Origin: Eledone cirrhosa
Lineage: Eukaryota
Length of the DNA stretch: 64,000 nucleotides
Direction of reading: 5' to 3'
Assembly (NCBI GenBank): GCA_964016885.1
Contig: OZ024761.1
Span: forward strand, 25,978,001-26,042,000
The notes beneath the pieces were generated by a model. That model searched no databases. It was not told where the DNA came from and saw nothing but the letters and a program-made list of their open reading frames with translations. This document shows positions 42,270-57,820 of the stretch, piece by piece; the stretch's first letter is position 1; each line of letters opens with the position of its first letter. The position numbers and the translations under genes are program-made.

Positions 42270-44018
42270 ATACATTAACAGACAAAGCTTTAAGCGATAC
42301 TCTAACCAACTCCATCTCACTCAACAAACATTAGGATATACCTAAGTATAATCCCAATTTAGTGTTTGGGGAACTAACTATACAGTATTCCGTGGATAGC
42401 TGGTTGTATTATTTTATATGAGACATAATTAAATAAATCTCTCAAATTTGATAAAGAGACATGTCCAATTTGGCACCCATAAATTAGAACCCGGAACTCA
42501 TGTTTACGGCGTGAACTTCCTAAATACACAGACACATGAAATATGTTAGTAACAAAAGAGAAAAACAAACACAGAAATGTACTCGCAACCACCCTGAATC
42601 GGTCCGCTAAGCAAAACTACATACCCTAGTTGCTGATTTAGCTAATATATAATAAAGATAAATATATAAAGCATACACTGTACAAACCTCATCTGCATTA
42701 AATTGGAATTCACCAACTATTGTTATTATTACTAATGGTGGCACCACACGACATTTTTAACTCTATTTAGGCTACTTATGATATTTATATGACAAAAAAC
42801 CTAAAGAGCAAAAATAACTTCACTAGGATAAATGTGATCCCTAGCGAAACGGATATTGACTTTTAATACCAACAAAAGACTTAGTATCGTGCTTGTTTAC
42901 ATTAGGAAATAACGACAAGAATACAAAAATGGACACCAATACACACACTCATACACATATATTAGGATACTTGCGTATATGCACACACACACACACACAC
43001 ACACACACGCTCATTCATATATACTCAAGCATACAAGGGTACACGCGTATATGTACACGCACACAAACACACATACACATACATACACACACGTACTTAC
43101 ACGTTTTTACACGCATACACTTACACGCGTACATACACACATACTTACATACGTACATACGTGTGTACCACGCAAGCACGTACGTACACACACACACACA
43201 CACGTACATACGCGTACCTACCTACACACACACCCACACACACGTACCTACACCAACCCACATAGAAACACACGTACTTACATACACGTACACACACTCA
43301 CCCGTAGCTAATCCCCCTACACACACGTACATACACACACAGCTACACACCCACATACACACTTACCTACACACGCACACATACACACACGTACTTACAC
43401 ACACACACACACACCCCTAGCTACAAACACACACACCTACACACACACGTACATACACACACACGTACCTACACACACACATACACACGTACATAGACAC
43501 ACATACACACACCACTAGCTACACACACGCGCGCGCATCCATACACACACCCGTAGCTAGACACACACAGTCGTACCCCCACCCCCACATAAACACATAT
43601 ACTTACTGACACACTTACTTACGTCCATACACGCAGGTCCGCCAATTCCCCACACGCATGTCGTCCATAATGTAATAGATAACGAAACATTAACAGCTGA
43701 AATAAATATTAGATATCTGTACACCTTTAGTCACTCATATCATGTTTGTATTTCAATGTTATTTTTCATTATTTCCTAAATATATTCCCTAGGTGTATTT
43801 AACACATATAAAAACCTTATCTTCATATATATTATTAAAGTCACTCACAAAAGAAAAACCAATTTTTGGCGAGTAATTACTTGACTTTTTGCATAGGAAA
43901 ATTTGTATTTATGAGTGTCCTGGGAGTACAAGTATCGTTTATGTGTGTGTGTATGTGTGTCTGTGTCTGTGTCTGTGTGTGTGTCTGTGTGTGTGTCTGT
44001 GTGTGTGTGTGTGTCTGT

Positions 44019-44051
<33 letters not shown>

Positions 44052-44259
44052 CATGTGTGTGTGCCTGTGTGTGTGTCTGTGTGTGTCTGTGTGTGTGTCT
44101 GTGTGTGTGTCTGTGTGTGTGTCTGTGTGTGTGTCTGTGTGTGTGTCTGTGTGTGTGTCTGTGTGTGTCTGTGTGCCTGTGTGTGTGTGTGTGTGTGTGT
44201 GAGTGCGTGTATGATGTGTGTATGTATGTATGTATGTATGTATGTATGTATGTATGTAT

Positions 44260-44584
44260 GATGGTATCCAATGATGTTGACTTGTTCTTTTTGGTAAATA
44301 TCATCTTGGTTAAGAGAGTGGGACTGGCTTTGTGCAGTGCCTTTGCTCACTATAAAAGCTTCACGGCACAGGCATTGCTTTATATCTGGAGATCTCTCTG
44401 TACTTGTCGTCACATGGTACCATGGGCCCAGCACTATGTGTCAGTAATTGTCACAAGTGTAGTGTTTGTACCAGAGTTTTCAAGTCGCTGGCTGGACTAA
44501 AAAGTCACTCGTTCAGCACATCGGTAGGGGTTCTCCTACATGGATGTAAAGTAGTGGCCGTACTCGAAAACGAGTTGGCAGCCA

Positions 44585-44588
<4 letters not shown>
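44260..44588 (+). mobile_element. RTE-type non-autonomous element (family C), 5'-truncated
   Basis: Matches 8664-8994. Lies between (TATG)n and (TA)n. Confidence 0.8.
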
Positions 44589-44639
<51 letters not shown>

Positions 44640-45086
44640 TACATTCGTACACCCTACTCCAACACACACATATATATATAATAAAGATGAAAGAGAGTTA
44701 ACCATCTTTATTCCATCTTTATATATATATATATAAAGTGTGTGTGTGTAGAAATGTGCGTTAGTATATATGTGTGTGTGTGTTTGCATGTGTATGTATG
44801 TGTGTCTGTCAGGTGTGTGCGTGGCATGAGTCGTTATAGTCCGAAGTTTTAATATGAAATATTAATACTTTAAAGAACATATTTTCTGGCCAGTATATAG
44901 AGATTAAACGTGTGTGCGTGTGCGCGCGCGTGCGTGTGTGCGTGTGTGTGTGCGTGTGTCCATACGTAAGTGTGTGTTTGTGTGGTTGCCACTTGTGTGT
45001 ATTTATATAATATCTGAGGCCGTTGGTCTTTTAGCGGTTTCCCTGAAATGTATAAACAATGTTAGGAAGAGTGTTATATACGTGTT

Positions 45087-45184
<98 letters not shown>

Positions 45185-45283
45185 CGTATATATATACGTA
45201 TACATATATATATGTATATATATACGTATATATATACGTATACATATATATATTCGTGTATATATCTATATATATACGTATAC

Positions 45284-45331
<48 letters not shown>

Positions 45332-45355
45332 GTATACATATATATATACGTATAC

Positions 45356-45388
<33 letters not shown>

Positions 45389-45413
45389 TAGTTTTTCGTA
45401 GGCAACAAAGTAT

Positions 45414-45452
<39 letters not shown>

Positions 45453-45470
45453 TATATTCGTGTATATATC

Positions 45471-45504
<34 letters not shown>

Positions 45505-45870
45505 CGTATATATATATATATGTACGGAATATACTTATTAATATTTAATTTATTTAAGCGTACTGCAATATATACACACACCTAGATATTTATATATATC
45601 TATATATGCGTGTGTATGTATGTATGTATGTATGTATGTTTGAATGTATATATATGAGGATATATGTCAGTGTACATTCGTTGTGTGTATTAGTAATGTG
45701 TATATGTATATATATATATATATACCCATACACATTACTAATACACACAACGAATGTACACTCACATACATCCACACATATATTCATTCATACATACATA
45801 CACACGCACACACGCATTCATGTTTATGTACGTCTCTATGTATGTAGTATGTATATGTGTATATATATAA

Positions 45871-45918
<48 letters not shown>

Positions 45919-46739
45919 GCATAAATACACACATACAGACAGGCACATATATCTATCAATATATATATATATATATACATAAATACATACAGAGATACAT
46001 AAAATACATACACACACATATATATACACACATATATATACTCACACACACACATACACATATATATACTCACACACACACATATATATATACTCACACA
46101 CACACACATATATATATACTCACACACACACACATATATATATACTCACACACACATATATATACTCACACACACACATATATATAGACACACATATACA
46201 TGCACCTATATTTATTGGCACATAAATTCTCCAAAGATTTGGTTATCAATAACATTAGTTTCCTAAAACCTCATGATAGCAATATAAATCTCTCCTTTTA
46301 ATTAAGTTGACACAAGTTGCTTTACGAGCTTATAGTCACCTTGCAAGGTCCTCTCGCATAATAAACACTTAACTGGATAACGCCAAGATGGACAGTTTCT
46401 ATGATAGGCTGTGAGGAATGATAAAGATTGGTCGGCTTATATGTGGTCGTTTTTATTTTTATTTTCTAGAAATAACAGCCATATCTGCATCAAATCATGC
46501 TGTATGTCAGTACTTCTCAATGATGCAATGCAGTACGTATATATATATATATATATATGTACACACACCAACACGCACACACACACATATATATATATAT
46601 GTGTGTGTGTGTGTGCGTGTTGGTGTGTGTACATATATGAGTGTGAGTACGTATTTATATGTATATATATATATAGAGAGAGAGAGAGAAATATATATAA
46701 AAATAAAATATATAGACACATAAATATTTACATATATTC

Positions 46740-46799
<60 letters not shown>

Positions 46800-46986
46800 T
46801 CATCTCTATATATATTTATCTATCTACATCGATAATATATATGTATATATACACGCACACACACACACACAGGCACACACATATATATATATATATATAC
46901 ATATATATATACACACACGCATATATACACACATATATACACACACACATATATACACACATATATACACACACATATAGACACAC

Positions 46987-47051
<65 letters not shown>

Positions 47052-47114
47052 CATATATACACACACACACACACATATACACACACATATATACACATAT
47101 ATACACACACATAT

Positions 47115-47163
<49 letters not shown>

Positions 47164-47221
47164 GCTAATTGGGAGAGGAAATGGTATATATTTTATCTGG
47201 TGATTCTATAGACATGTTTTA

Positions 47222-47255
<34 letters not shown>

Positions 47256-47899
47256 CTATACATATACCTTGTCCTAATACATAAAGTAAAATATTTTTTT
47301 CAAAACATTTACCGAAATCTACAAGTATTTTTCTTGCTAAGTTAACATGTACCACTGAGTTATGCCATACGAAATCACGCTACAAACAGTCATGACACGT
47401 GTAATGATCTCATCGAAGAAAGTCAATTTAAGCATATAATTAAATGCGTTTGATTAGTGAAAGCATTTGCACTGTGTATCTGCAAAAGAAATTGATTGCT
47501 GCGGCAGAGCATAGATTTCTAATTAATTTTCGTCCAACGAGATTTGTAAATGCTTAAAGCTTTGTATGTATTTATGTGTATATATATATATTTATATATA
47601 TTTATGTTTGTGTGTGTATATGTATTTGCATATGTACACACATGCATATATATGTATCTGCCTCTCTCTATATATATATATATAAATATATGGGTATATA
47701 TATAAATATGCATATATATATATATATATATGTATGTATGTGTGTATGTGTGTTGGTGTGTGTATATATATATATATATGTTTATATATGTACATATATG
47801 CATATATATGTATCTTTCTCTTTATATATATATACAAATATATGGATATATATATATGGATATATATATATATATATATGTATGCATATATATATATGG

Positions 47900-48070
<171 letters not shown>

Positions 48071-48099
48071 CATATATATATATATATATATATGTATGC

Positions 48100-48131
<32 letters not shown>

Positions 48132-48193
48132 ATATATATATACATACGCAGTCCTGTATGTCTTATTCTACATCTATCTACATAATTGGATAT

Positions 48194-48267
<74 letters not shown>

Positions 48268-49065
48268 GAGAGAGAGAGAGAGAAGGAGAGAGAGAGAGAT
48301 GTGTGTATGTGTAGAGAGAGTGAGAGAGAAAGAGAGAAAAGAAAGGGGTGGCAGTCACAACCGTTTGGGATTGGTTTAGAGTAGGAAGAGATGTTAGATG
48401 GTAGAGAGATGAAGTGAACGAGTCATGACAATTGTCTTGGATTAATAAATAACAAAGAATTGATTAAGCAAATATTCTTAAGTTATTAAAGTCTGCTGTG
48501 TATTAAAACAACATCGATAACAACAACACATTCATGGTATAGAATCTATTTCAACCACAGTTGAATCTTTCATAATTAAAACACGGTGATACTCTGATCG
48601 TTATTCAATTCAATGGCAGTGAATTGGCCAACTATCGAATAGAAAGCTTTGTGGTTTATTAAGCCATATGGATAGAGTAATATCTCATGGGATACATTCA
48701 TATGGCTTGTGATGCTTTGTGATGTATTATGACACTTTCCTGATGCTTTAATACAATTCTTCGGTTTCCAAACAGCTCTTGTTTATACAATATCATTTAC
48801 AAAGATTGGTGGGGTCGAAGGCTAGGTTACATACCATTTTCCCGCGATGTCACGCAGTTTGATCGTAGGAGAAGGAAGAGGCTTTAGCAGATCCCAAGGC
48901 CAATTTGGCAGAGGTGTGTGTGATCTTTGCCTTCTCCTCTCCCTCTTCTTCCTCATGTGTCTTCTTTCTTATCCTCCTTTTTCTATTCTGCCTTGCTTCT
49001 TTTTCTCCCTCTTACCCTCGCTCGATGGGACTTGGGCTATCTTAGGTCAGCCATCCCTGAGGCAA

Positions 49066-49222
49066 CGCCCCTTTATGATCTGTGTTCAAATCCCGCCGAT
49101 GTTAACCTTGCCTTTCATCCTTACGGGGTCGATAAAATAAAGTACCAGTCACGCACTGGGGTCGCTTTAATCGACTTTCCTCTCCCCAAAATTACTGACC
49201 TTCTGCCTATACTAGAAATCAT
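49066..49222 (+). mobile_element. Family A SINE, long-variant 3' part
   Basis: Consensus body plus an extra ggggtcgctttaatcgactttcctctccccaaa segment, also seen at 10.5 and 10.7 kb. Confidence 0.8.
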
Positions 49223-49244
49223 TATCTTGCATAAGCCCGAATAA

Positions 49245-49460
49245 TTCCACCAAGGCACTCCATCAATGGCAGTCACTCGTGTCTACCTCGCTCCATCATC
49301 CAAGGTGACCTCTTGCCTACCTCTGGAGATATTTCTCAATCCCATCCAGCCATCTCTTGCGGGGCCTGCCACGAGTCCTCTTCCAGCCTGCAGCTGCTAC
49401 GTCGAACGTAAGTAAGTCACTTGTCTGGTGATCTGACGGCAGGCGCAGGACATAACTGAC
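49245..49460 (-). mobile_element. RTE-clade LINE 3' fragment
   Basis: Minus-strand translation YVLRLPSDHQTSDLLTFDVAAAGWKRTRGRPRKRWLDGIEKYL matches the RTE C-terminal W.R.RGRPR.RW.D motif. Confidence 0.75.
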
Positions 49461-49478
49461 TTCTTAAAAATTAGTTCT

Positions 49479-50855
49479 TCCTGCGATCACATTACAGCAT
49501 GTACGTTAAACGGGTATACAAATGGTTGTTCCTGCGATCACATTACAGCATTACAGCATGTACGTTAAACGGGTATACAAGTGGTTGTTCCTGCGATCAC
49601 ATTACAGCCTGTACGTTAAACGGGTATACAAATGGTTGTTCCTGCGATCACATTACAGCCTGTACGTTAAACGGGTATACAAATGGTTGTTCCTGCGATC
49701 ACATTACAGCATGTACGTTAAACGGGTATACAAATGGTTGTTCCTGCGATCACATTACAGCATGTACGTTAAACGGGTATACAAATGGTTGTTCCTGCGA
49801 TCACATTACAGCATGTACGTTAAACGGGTATACAAATGGTTGTTCCTGCGATCACATTACAGCATGTACGTTAAACGGGTATACAAATGGTTGTTCCTGC
49901 GATCACATTACAGCATGTACGTTAAACGGGTATACAAATGGTTGTTCCTGCGATCACATTACAGCATGTACGTTAAACGGGTATACAAATGGTTGTTCCT
50001 GCGATCACATTACAGCATGTACGTTAAACGGGTATACAAATGGTTGTTCCTGCGATCACATTACAGCATGTACGTTAAACGGGTATACAAATGGTTGTTC
50101 CTGCGATCACATTACAGCATGTACGTTAAACGGGTATACAAATGGTTGTTCCTGCGATCACATTACAGCATGTACGTTAAACGGGTATACAAATGGTTGT
50201 TCCTGCGATCACATTACAGCATGTACGTTAAACGGGTATACAAATGGTTGTTCCTGCGATCACATTACAGCATGTACGTTAAACGGGTATACAAATGGTT
50301 GTTCCTGCGATCACATTACAGCATGTACGTTAAACGGGTATACAAATGGTTGTTCCTGCGATCACATTACAGCCTGTACGTTAAACGGGTATACAAATGG
50401 TTGTTCCTGCGATCACATTACAGCCTGTACGTTAAACGGGTATACAAATGGTTGTTCCTGCGATCACATTACAGCATGTACGTTAAACGGGTATACAAAT
50501 GGTTGTTCCTGCGATCACATTACAGCATGTACGTTAAACGGGTATACAAATGGTTGTTCCTGCGATCACATTACAGCATGTACGTTAAACGGGTATACAA
50601 ATGGTTGTTCCTGCGATCACATTACAGCATGTACGTTAAACGGGTATACAAATGGTTGTTCCTGCGATCACATTACAGCATGTACGTTAAACGGGTATAC
50701 AAATGGTTGTTCCTGCGATCACATTACAGCATGTACGTTAAACGGGTATACAAATGGTTGTTCCTGCGATCACATTACAGCATGTACGTTAAACGGGTAT
50801 ACAAATGGTTGTTCCTGCGATCACATTACAGCATGTACGTTAAACGGGTATACAA
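49479..50855. repeat. 51-bp minisatellite, about 27 nearly identical copies
   Basis: Unit tcctgcgatcacattacagcatgtacgttaaacgggtatacaaatggttgt. There is one 8-bp internal duplication in unit 2 and an A>C variant in four units. Confidence 0.97.
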
Positions 50856-51300
50856 TTGTTTAAAATGTTACAAATATTTACAGTATCTATCAGCTAAAGA
50901 TTGAAGGTTTGCCAGCATTCGATTCTAAACCTGTTCTAAAATAAAAGAGAAAAGAAAACAGCCAAGACATAAACCGAATTTTTCACTGAAATATATATAT
51001 ATAAAATATCAATAAAAAAAAAATCGGAATCGAAAAAGAATTTAACATGTTACAGACATATATGTAGTAAAATAAAAAAGATTCAATATATAAAGAATTA
51101 AAATAAAAACCAGAACGCGGTTATCTGGATCATCATACTTCGGAGGTTGTCAACACGTCATCCTCCGTTTTCTTTTGTGTTTGTTGCTTCTTATTTCTCT
51201 GCTCTGGTTTTATATATTTATGTTTTTCTATACATATTTGTTAGTTAGTGGATTTGGGGATATTGGTTTGCTGTTATTTTCATATTATTTTATGTAGTTT

Positions 51301-51348
<48 letters not shown>

Positions 51349-51527
51349 AAGTCATGCCAAAATGGAGGATTGTTATTCGGATTGAAGACCGAGGAAGGAA
51401 AAATATCACAAGTACGCAAACACATACACATGTAGCCAGATAGGTACGCAAACACATACACACATATGCATACAGTCAGGCAGGTGTGCCGAAGCGCTAT
51501 ACACCTACACACACATGCACCCATATA

Positions 51528-51585
<58 letters not shown>

Positions 51586-51687
51586 CAGAGAGAGAGAGAA
51601 ATAAATAAGTAGATTGATAGATAAATAGGTATAAATATAATGTTATATATACATTTATTATTTTGAACTCCATACATACAGACACAC

Positions 51688-51751
<64 letters not shown>

Positions 51752-52265
51752 CATGTTAGAACGGTATTAAGAGATTGTTGTATTTCGGCGCTTTAAGAAT
51801 TCGTCTTGTTGAGATCTTGTTCAAAACGAATGTATAAAAAAAATATTCTTTACTTTATAACAATTCTATCACTCACTGCTACTGAGTCACGTGTTCTTTC
51901 CTCTTCCTGGCACCACCCTTCCCACTACCAGTGTCAATCAACAGTACCAACAACAAAAACTACAACACCAACAACACCACCAAGAACCACACCAAAAACT
52001 ACAACACCAATACTAACATGAACAACACCACCAACAATAACAACAATAACGCCAACAACAGCACCAAAAACTACACCTACACCATTACCTACACCGGCAC
52101 CTAAACCAGCACCATCACCAACACCACCAACACCAGCATCATCAAAGACAACACCAACAACACCACCGACAACAACACCACCGACAACAACACCACCGAC
52201 AACAACACCACCGACAACAACACCAACACCACACAAATAAATTCATAATCTCCTTCGCACATGTT

Positions 52266-52621
<356 letters not shown>

Positions 52622-52636
52622 CTATATATATAATCG

Positions 52637-53335
52637 TAGACGATTTCACAGAACTTATGTTTATCGATTTCAGAGATTTGACTCCTTTTTTCTCCTGTTT
52701 GATCTGTGCGAAATTCTTTCCTCACTCACATTTCGACCAGGTTTGATGGTCTTTATTCTCTCTCGTCGACGATTTCACAGAACTTATGTTTATCGATTTC
52801 AGGGATTTGACTCCTTCTTTCTCCTGTTTGATCTGTGCGAAATTCTTTCCTCACTCACATTTCGACCAGGTTTGATGGTCTTTATTCTCTCTCGTCCACG
52901 ATTTCACAGAACTTGTTTATCGATTTCAGGGATTTGACTCCTTCTTTCTCCTGTTTGATCTGTGCGAAATTCTTTCCTCACTCACATTTCGACCAGGTTT
53001 GATGGTCTTTATTCTCTCTCGTCCACGATTTCACAGAACTTGTTTATCGATTTCAGGGATTTGACTCCTTCTTTCTCCTGTTTGATCTGTGCGAAATTCT
53101 TTCCTCACTCACATTTCGACCAGGTTTGATGGTCTTTATTCTCTCTCGTCCACGATTTCACAGAACTTGTTTATCGATTTCAGGGATTTGACTCCTTCTT
53201 TCTCCTGTTTGACCTGTGCGAAATTCTTTCCTCACTCACATTTCGACCAGGTTTGATGGTCTTTATTCTCTCTCGTCCACGATTTCACAGAACTTATATT
53301 CATCGATTTCTGGGACTTGACTCCTTCTTCCTCAC
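52637..53335. repeat. 129/127-bp minisatellite, 5.5 copies
   Basis: cgatttcacagaactt at 52641, 52770, 52899, 53026, 53153 and 53280. Confidence 0.95.
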
Positions 53336-53502
53336 TTTTCGTTGCATTACCATCTTTGTTTGTTTACTGTCTCGCACGTTCCCCTTATTTACGTGTCCCA
53401 ACGAATATTCTTTATCCGTTGCTCGCACCAACAAGAGGTATATGGTGTTTAAAGCGATGAAATACCAATGAAGGCTGGAAGATCACTGATGAAGGACTAA
53501 AT
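53335..53502 (+). repeat. Dispersed repeat homologous to 1565-1740
   Basis: See 1565-1740. Confidence 0.7.
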
Positions 53503-54551
53503 TTATTCATATATATATATGTGTGTGTGTGTGAATATATGCATATGTGTATATATCTCTATGTATACATATGTGTGCGTATATATATATATATATATGT
53601 GTGTGTGTATATATATATACACATATGTTTGTGTATATATTATATGTATATATATATATATATATATGCATATATATATGCACATACATAAATATATATA
53701 TAAATATATATATGCGTGTGCGTGTGTGTTTATGTGAATGTATGTGTGCATAGTTATGTTTTTTCTTCTTTCCTCGGACTGGATACTTCAACACATTACG
53801 TCTCAGTACCTAGTGACGAAATGTCACTGATGACGAATACACATCCTGAAATACTAGGATTCAGCGTTCCTACACGGTAACCAGAACATGATCACAGTTT
53901 TAAATAACCATAACGAGAATTGCATATGCTTTCATATACGCCTGTATTATATTTGTAAAGCTGCAATCTTTAGTGTGTAATTAAACATGCAAAGGTGAAA
54001 GAGATCGTATCAACTTAGTATTAAACACGGTTTTATTTAGAGATAAATTGGAAAAATATTTATCTCAAAAATTATTACGAAAAGACATATCTATATTCGA
54101 AGTTAATTAATAATTAAACTACTAAATTTCTTACATTGGATCTCTCTAACATCAATATAACTACAATAACTAGTTATATATTGGGTATTATTAATTTTTG
54201 CATTTTATTCAATTATATTATAATAGAGTTAGTTTTATATGATATCACGAAAGAAAGTAACGTTCTCAAAATTTTTTATCGATGATATTTAGTTTAATAT
54301 ATTTATCCCACTCAACTACCCTCCCCAATAGTTTTTTTTTTTTTTATTACAGTATGTAATTTATCGATATTAATATATCAAAGAGGGTAATAAATTAGTA
54401 ATTTGAATGTAGTATTATGATATACTTAGTTATATACATATAATAAAGTTGTAAATGAAAGGAGGCTTAGAACTGAAATGAATTGCTTAAATTACATGAA
54501 ACCTTCGAATATAATAAAATATGTATCAATAAATATATCGATGTAGGTGTT

Positions 54552-54608
<57 letters not shown>

Positions 54609-54619
54609 GTATGTGTATG

Positions 54620-54654
<35 letters not shown>

Positions 54655-54667
54655 GTTTATGTATGTG

Positions 54668-54700
<33 letters not shown>

Positions 54701-54802
54701 TTATATATATATATATATATATATGTATTTATGTATGTGTGTATATATATATATATATTTATTAAAATATAAGTATTAATAAAATAGATGTTCTTTTGAT
54801 CA

Positions 54803-54865
54803 ATTACATTTTATTATACATATTTCGCATGTACAACAGTACGTCCTCATCAGAGAAAATATAAT
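54803..54865 (-). ncRNA. Type-I hammerhead ribozyme motif
   Basis: Minus strand reads attatattttct CTGATGA ggacgtac tgtt gtacatgc GAAA tatgta TA ataaaatgtaat. Stem I is 12 bp with one mismatch, and stem II is 8 bp with two mismatches. Confidence 0.7.
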
Positions 54866-54956
54866 GATACATGACATACCATGAGATTGACGTACTGTTG
54901 TACATCCGAAATATGTATAATAAAATGTAATTGATCAAAAGAACATCTATTTTAAT

Positions 54957-55143
54957 AATTGTTTCTACTTTAGGCACAAGGCCAGCAATTACCCAGTGCA
55001 TTACTGGTACTTTATTTTATCGACCCCGTAAGGATGAAAGACAAAGTCAACCTCTGCGGGATTTGAACTCAGATCGTAAAGGGACGTAACTATGCTGGAA
55101 ATCATGGCGTCCGACCCTCTACCGATACTGCCAATCCACCGCC
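54957..55143 (-). mobile_element. Family A SINE
   Basis: Near-consensus, bounded by acatctattttaataat. Confidence 0.92.
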
Positions 55144-55168
55144 TATTATAATCCAACATCTATTTTAA

Positions 55169-55356
55169 TAATTGTTTCTACTTTAGGCACAAGGCCAGCA
55201 ATTACCCAGTGCATTACTGGTACTTTATTTTATCGACCCCCTAAGGATGAAAGGCAAAGTCAACCTCGGCGGGATTTGAACTCAGATCATAAAGGGACGT
55301 AACTATGCTGGAAAGCATGGCGTCCGACCCTCTACCGATACTGCCAATCCACCGCC
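55169..55356 (-). mobile_element. Family A SINE
   Basis: Near-consensus, bounded by acatctattttaataat. Confidence 0.92.
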
Positions 55357-55786
55357 CTTGACATCTATTTTAATAATACTTATATTTTAATATTAATAAC
55401 ATCTTAAAGTTATTTTTGCCGTTGAGTGCTTCCAATCTACTGTAAAACTCATTCTTTGACAGAATCATTGAATATTGTTATAATAACAACTTATAAATAT
55501 ATAAATATATATATATATTATGTATGTATTTATGTATGCGTATATATATATGTATATATATGTATTTATGAATATATATATACATATATATGTATATATA
55601 TATATATATTTATATGTATGTATTTATGTATGTGTATATATATATATATATTTATATATATGTATTTATGAATATATATATACGTATATATATGTATGTA
55701 TATATTTATATGTATGTATTTATGTATGTGTATATATATATATATTTATATATATGTATTTATGAATATATAAATACATATATATG

Positions 55787-55817
<31 letters not shown>

Positions 55818-55882
55818 GTATTTATGTATGTGTATATATATATATATTTATATATATGTATTTATGAATATATATATACATA

Positions 55883-55913
<31 letters not shown>

Positions 55914-55992
55914 GTATGTATTTATGTATGTGTATATATATATATATATATATTTATATATGTATTTATGAATATATATACACATATATATG

Positions 55993-56026
<34 letters not shown>

Positions 56027-56303
56027 GAGAGAGAGAGATAGACGAGAGAGGGAGAGAGAGGGAGTGAAGATGGGTGGTAGGGAAAGGAGAGGGGGAGGGG
56101 GCGAGGTTGAGAACAAGTAAATTGAATTAAGATTTAATAAATGTGGCACAAAATTAAAGAAATTGATAGTATTTTTCAATTGGAAAATATTTTAATATAG
56201 GTAAATAAAACTTAATAAGAATCATACGAACAGTTTTACTTAAGAGATTCTACTTCAATTTGTAGGTAATAAGAATATATCAAATTAGCAACAGACTCAT
56301 CAA

Positions 56304-56370
<67 letters not shown>

Positions 56371-56439
56371 TGTGTCTGTGTAAATATATATATATATTTC
56401 TACATATTTAAATATGTGTGTCTGCCCGTCTCTCTCTCT

Positions 56440-56675
56440 CCCTCCTGTTATCTCCTCCTCTCTCTCTCTCTCCTTTTATCTCCTCTTTCTCCTTTTATCT
56501 CCTCCTCTCTCCTTTTATCTCCTCCTCTCTCCTTTTATCTCCTCCTCTCTCTCCTTTTATCTCCTCCTCTCTCTCCTTTTATCTCCTCCTCTCTCTCTCC
56601 TTTTATCTCCTCCTCTCTCTCTCCTTTTATCTCCTCCTCTTTCTCTCTCATTCCTTTTATCTCCTCCCCTCTCTC
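56440..56675. repeat. Pyrimidine-rich minisatellite (ctccttttatctcctcctctct, 20-26-bp unit)
   Basis: About nine copies, by direct reading. Confidence 0.9.
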
Positions 56676-56879
56676 TCTATATATATATAATGAAAAGGGC
56701 GATTTGTTCTGTTTTCATTACGTCTATTGCGTAGTGACGTGCGCTTCGCTTTAGATAAGAAAATGGTTCGATCAAACCCGACTCGTCGGTCCTCCTCTAC
56801 GCATCGAGTGCTCACTTTTGTAACTAGACATTACAATCCATATATATATATATGTGTGTGTGTGTATGTGTGAATCAGA

Positions 56880-57300
56880 AATCGAACCCATGACATTAAC
56901 CATTGGAACAACGTGAAATGAAGTGTTTTGCTCCAGAGCACATAACAGACAACCCTGTACATAAATCGACCCCATGGCATTTTATCTTAAGACCAAAACC
57001 CTTCACCATTGAAACAACGTAAAATGAAGTGTTTTGCTCAAGAACACATAACACACAACCCTGTACATAAATCGACCCCATGGCATTTTTATCTTAAGAC
57101 CAAAACCCTTAACCATTGAAACAACGTGAAATGAAGTGTTTTGCTCAAGAAAACATAACACACAACCATGTACATAAATCGACCCCATGGCATTTTATCT
57201 TAAGACGAAAACCCTTAACCATTGAAACAACGTAAAATGAAGTGTTTTGCTCAAGAACACATAACACACAACCCTGTACAAGTATCGAACCCATGACATT
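56880..57300. repeat. About 106-bp tandem repeat (4 copies) derived from a family D-like SINE
   Basis: The unit contains aacaacgtgaaatgaagtgttttgctcaagaacacataacac, similar to agcaacgtgaaataaagtgtcttgcccaaggacataacac in the SINE at 52.5 kb. Confidence 0.85.
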
Positions 57301-57717
57301 AAGTCATCCATGGAATTAAACCCATGACATTACGATCCATGACTAAGTCCTACAAACATTCCAGTAGGCCACATGCCTCTATGAGAGGTAGATAAGAGGC
57401 ATTAATACTCTGGTGCTGACCTGTTCTACATATATGAGAAGAGGGCGTGGGTCGATAATGTTCCTGTCTTGCTTTATTACTGGGAACATTTTAATATTAA
57501 ACTGGAATTTGATAAATTAGTGGACATAATCCATTCTAAATATTATCAATAATTCAGAGATATTTAAACTGATTTCTCACTGCCATCTTCACTGGATAAC
57601 GAGAAACGATGACTGCTCGCATGCGCACACGCATATAGATACTCATATACGTACACATACACACACACATTTATATATATATATATGTATATATATACAG
57701 ATATATATATATATATA

Positions 57718-57749
<32 letters not shown>

Positions 57750-57786
57750 CACACACACACATATATACATACATACACACATATAT

Positions 57787-57820
<34 letters not shown>

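Larger units (their letters stand above)
54760..55393. mobile_element. Penelope-like inverted repeat whose right arm is split by two SINE insertions
   Basis: The left arm (54760-54845) pairs with 54889-54958 and continues at 55361-55393 (taatacttatattttaata). Confidence 0.75.

Noticed and set aside
49479-50855. CRISPR-like array
   Set aside because: The units are contiguous with no unique spacers, there are no cas genes, and the context is eukaryotic.
53823-53866. CTGATGA...GAAA possible hammerhead
   Set aside because: Stems I and II do not pair convincingly. At best it is a decayed copy.
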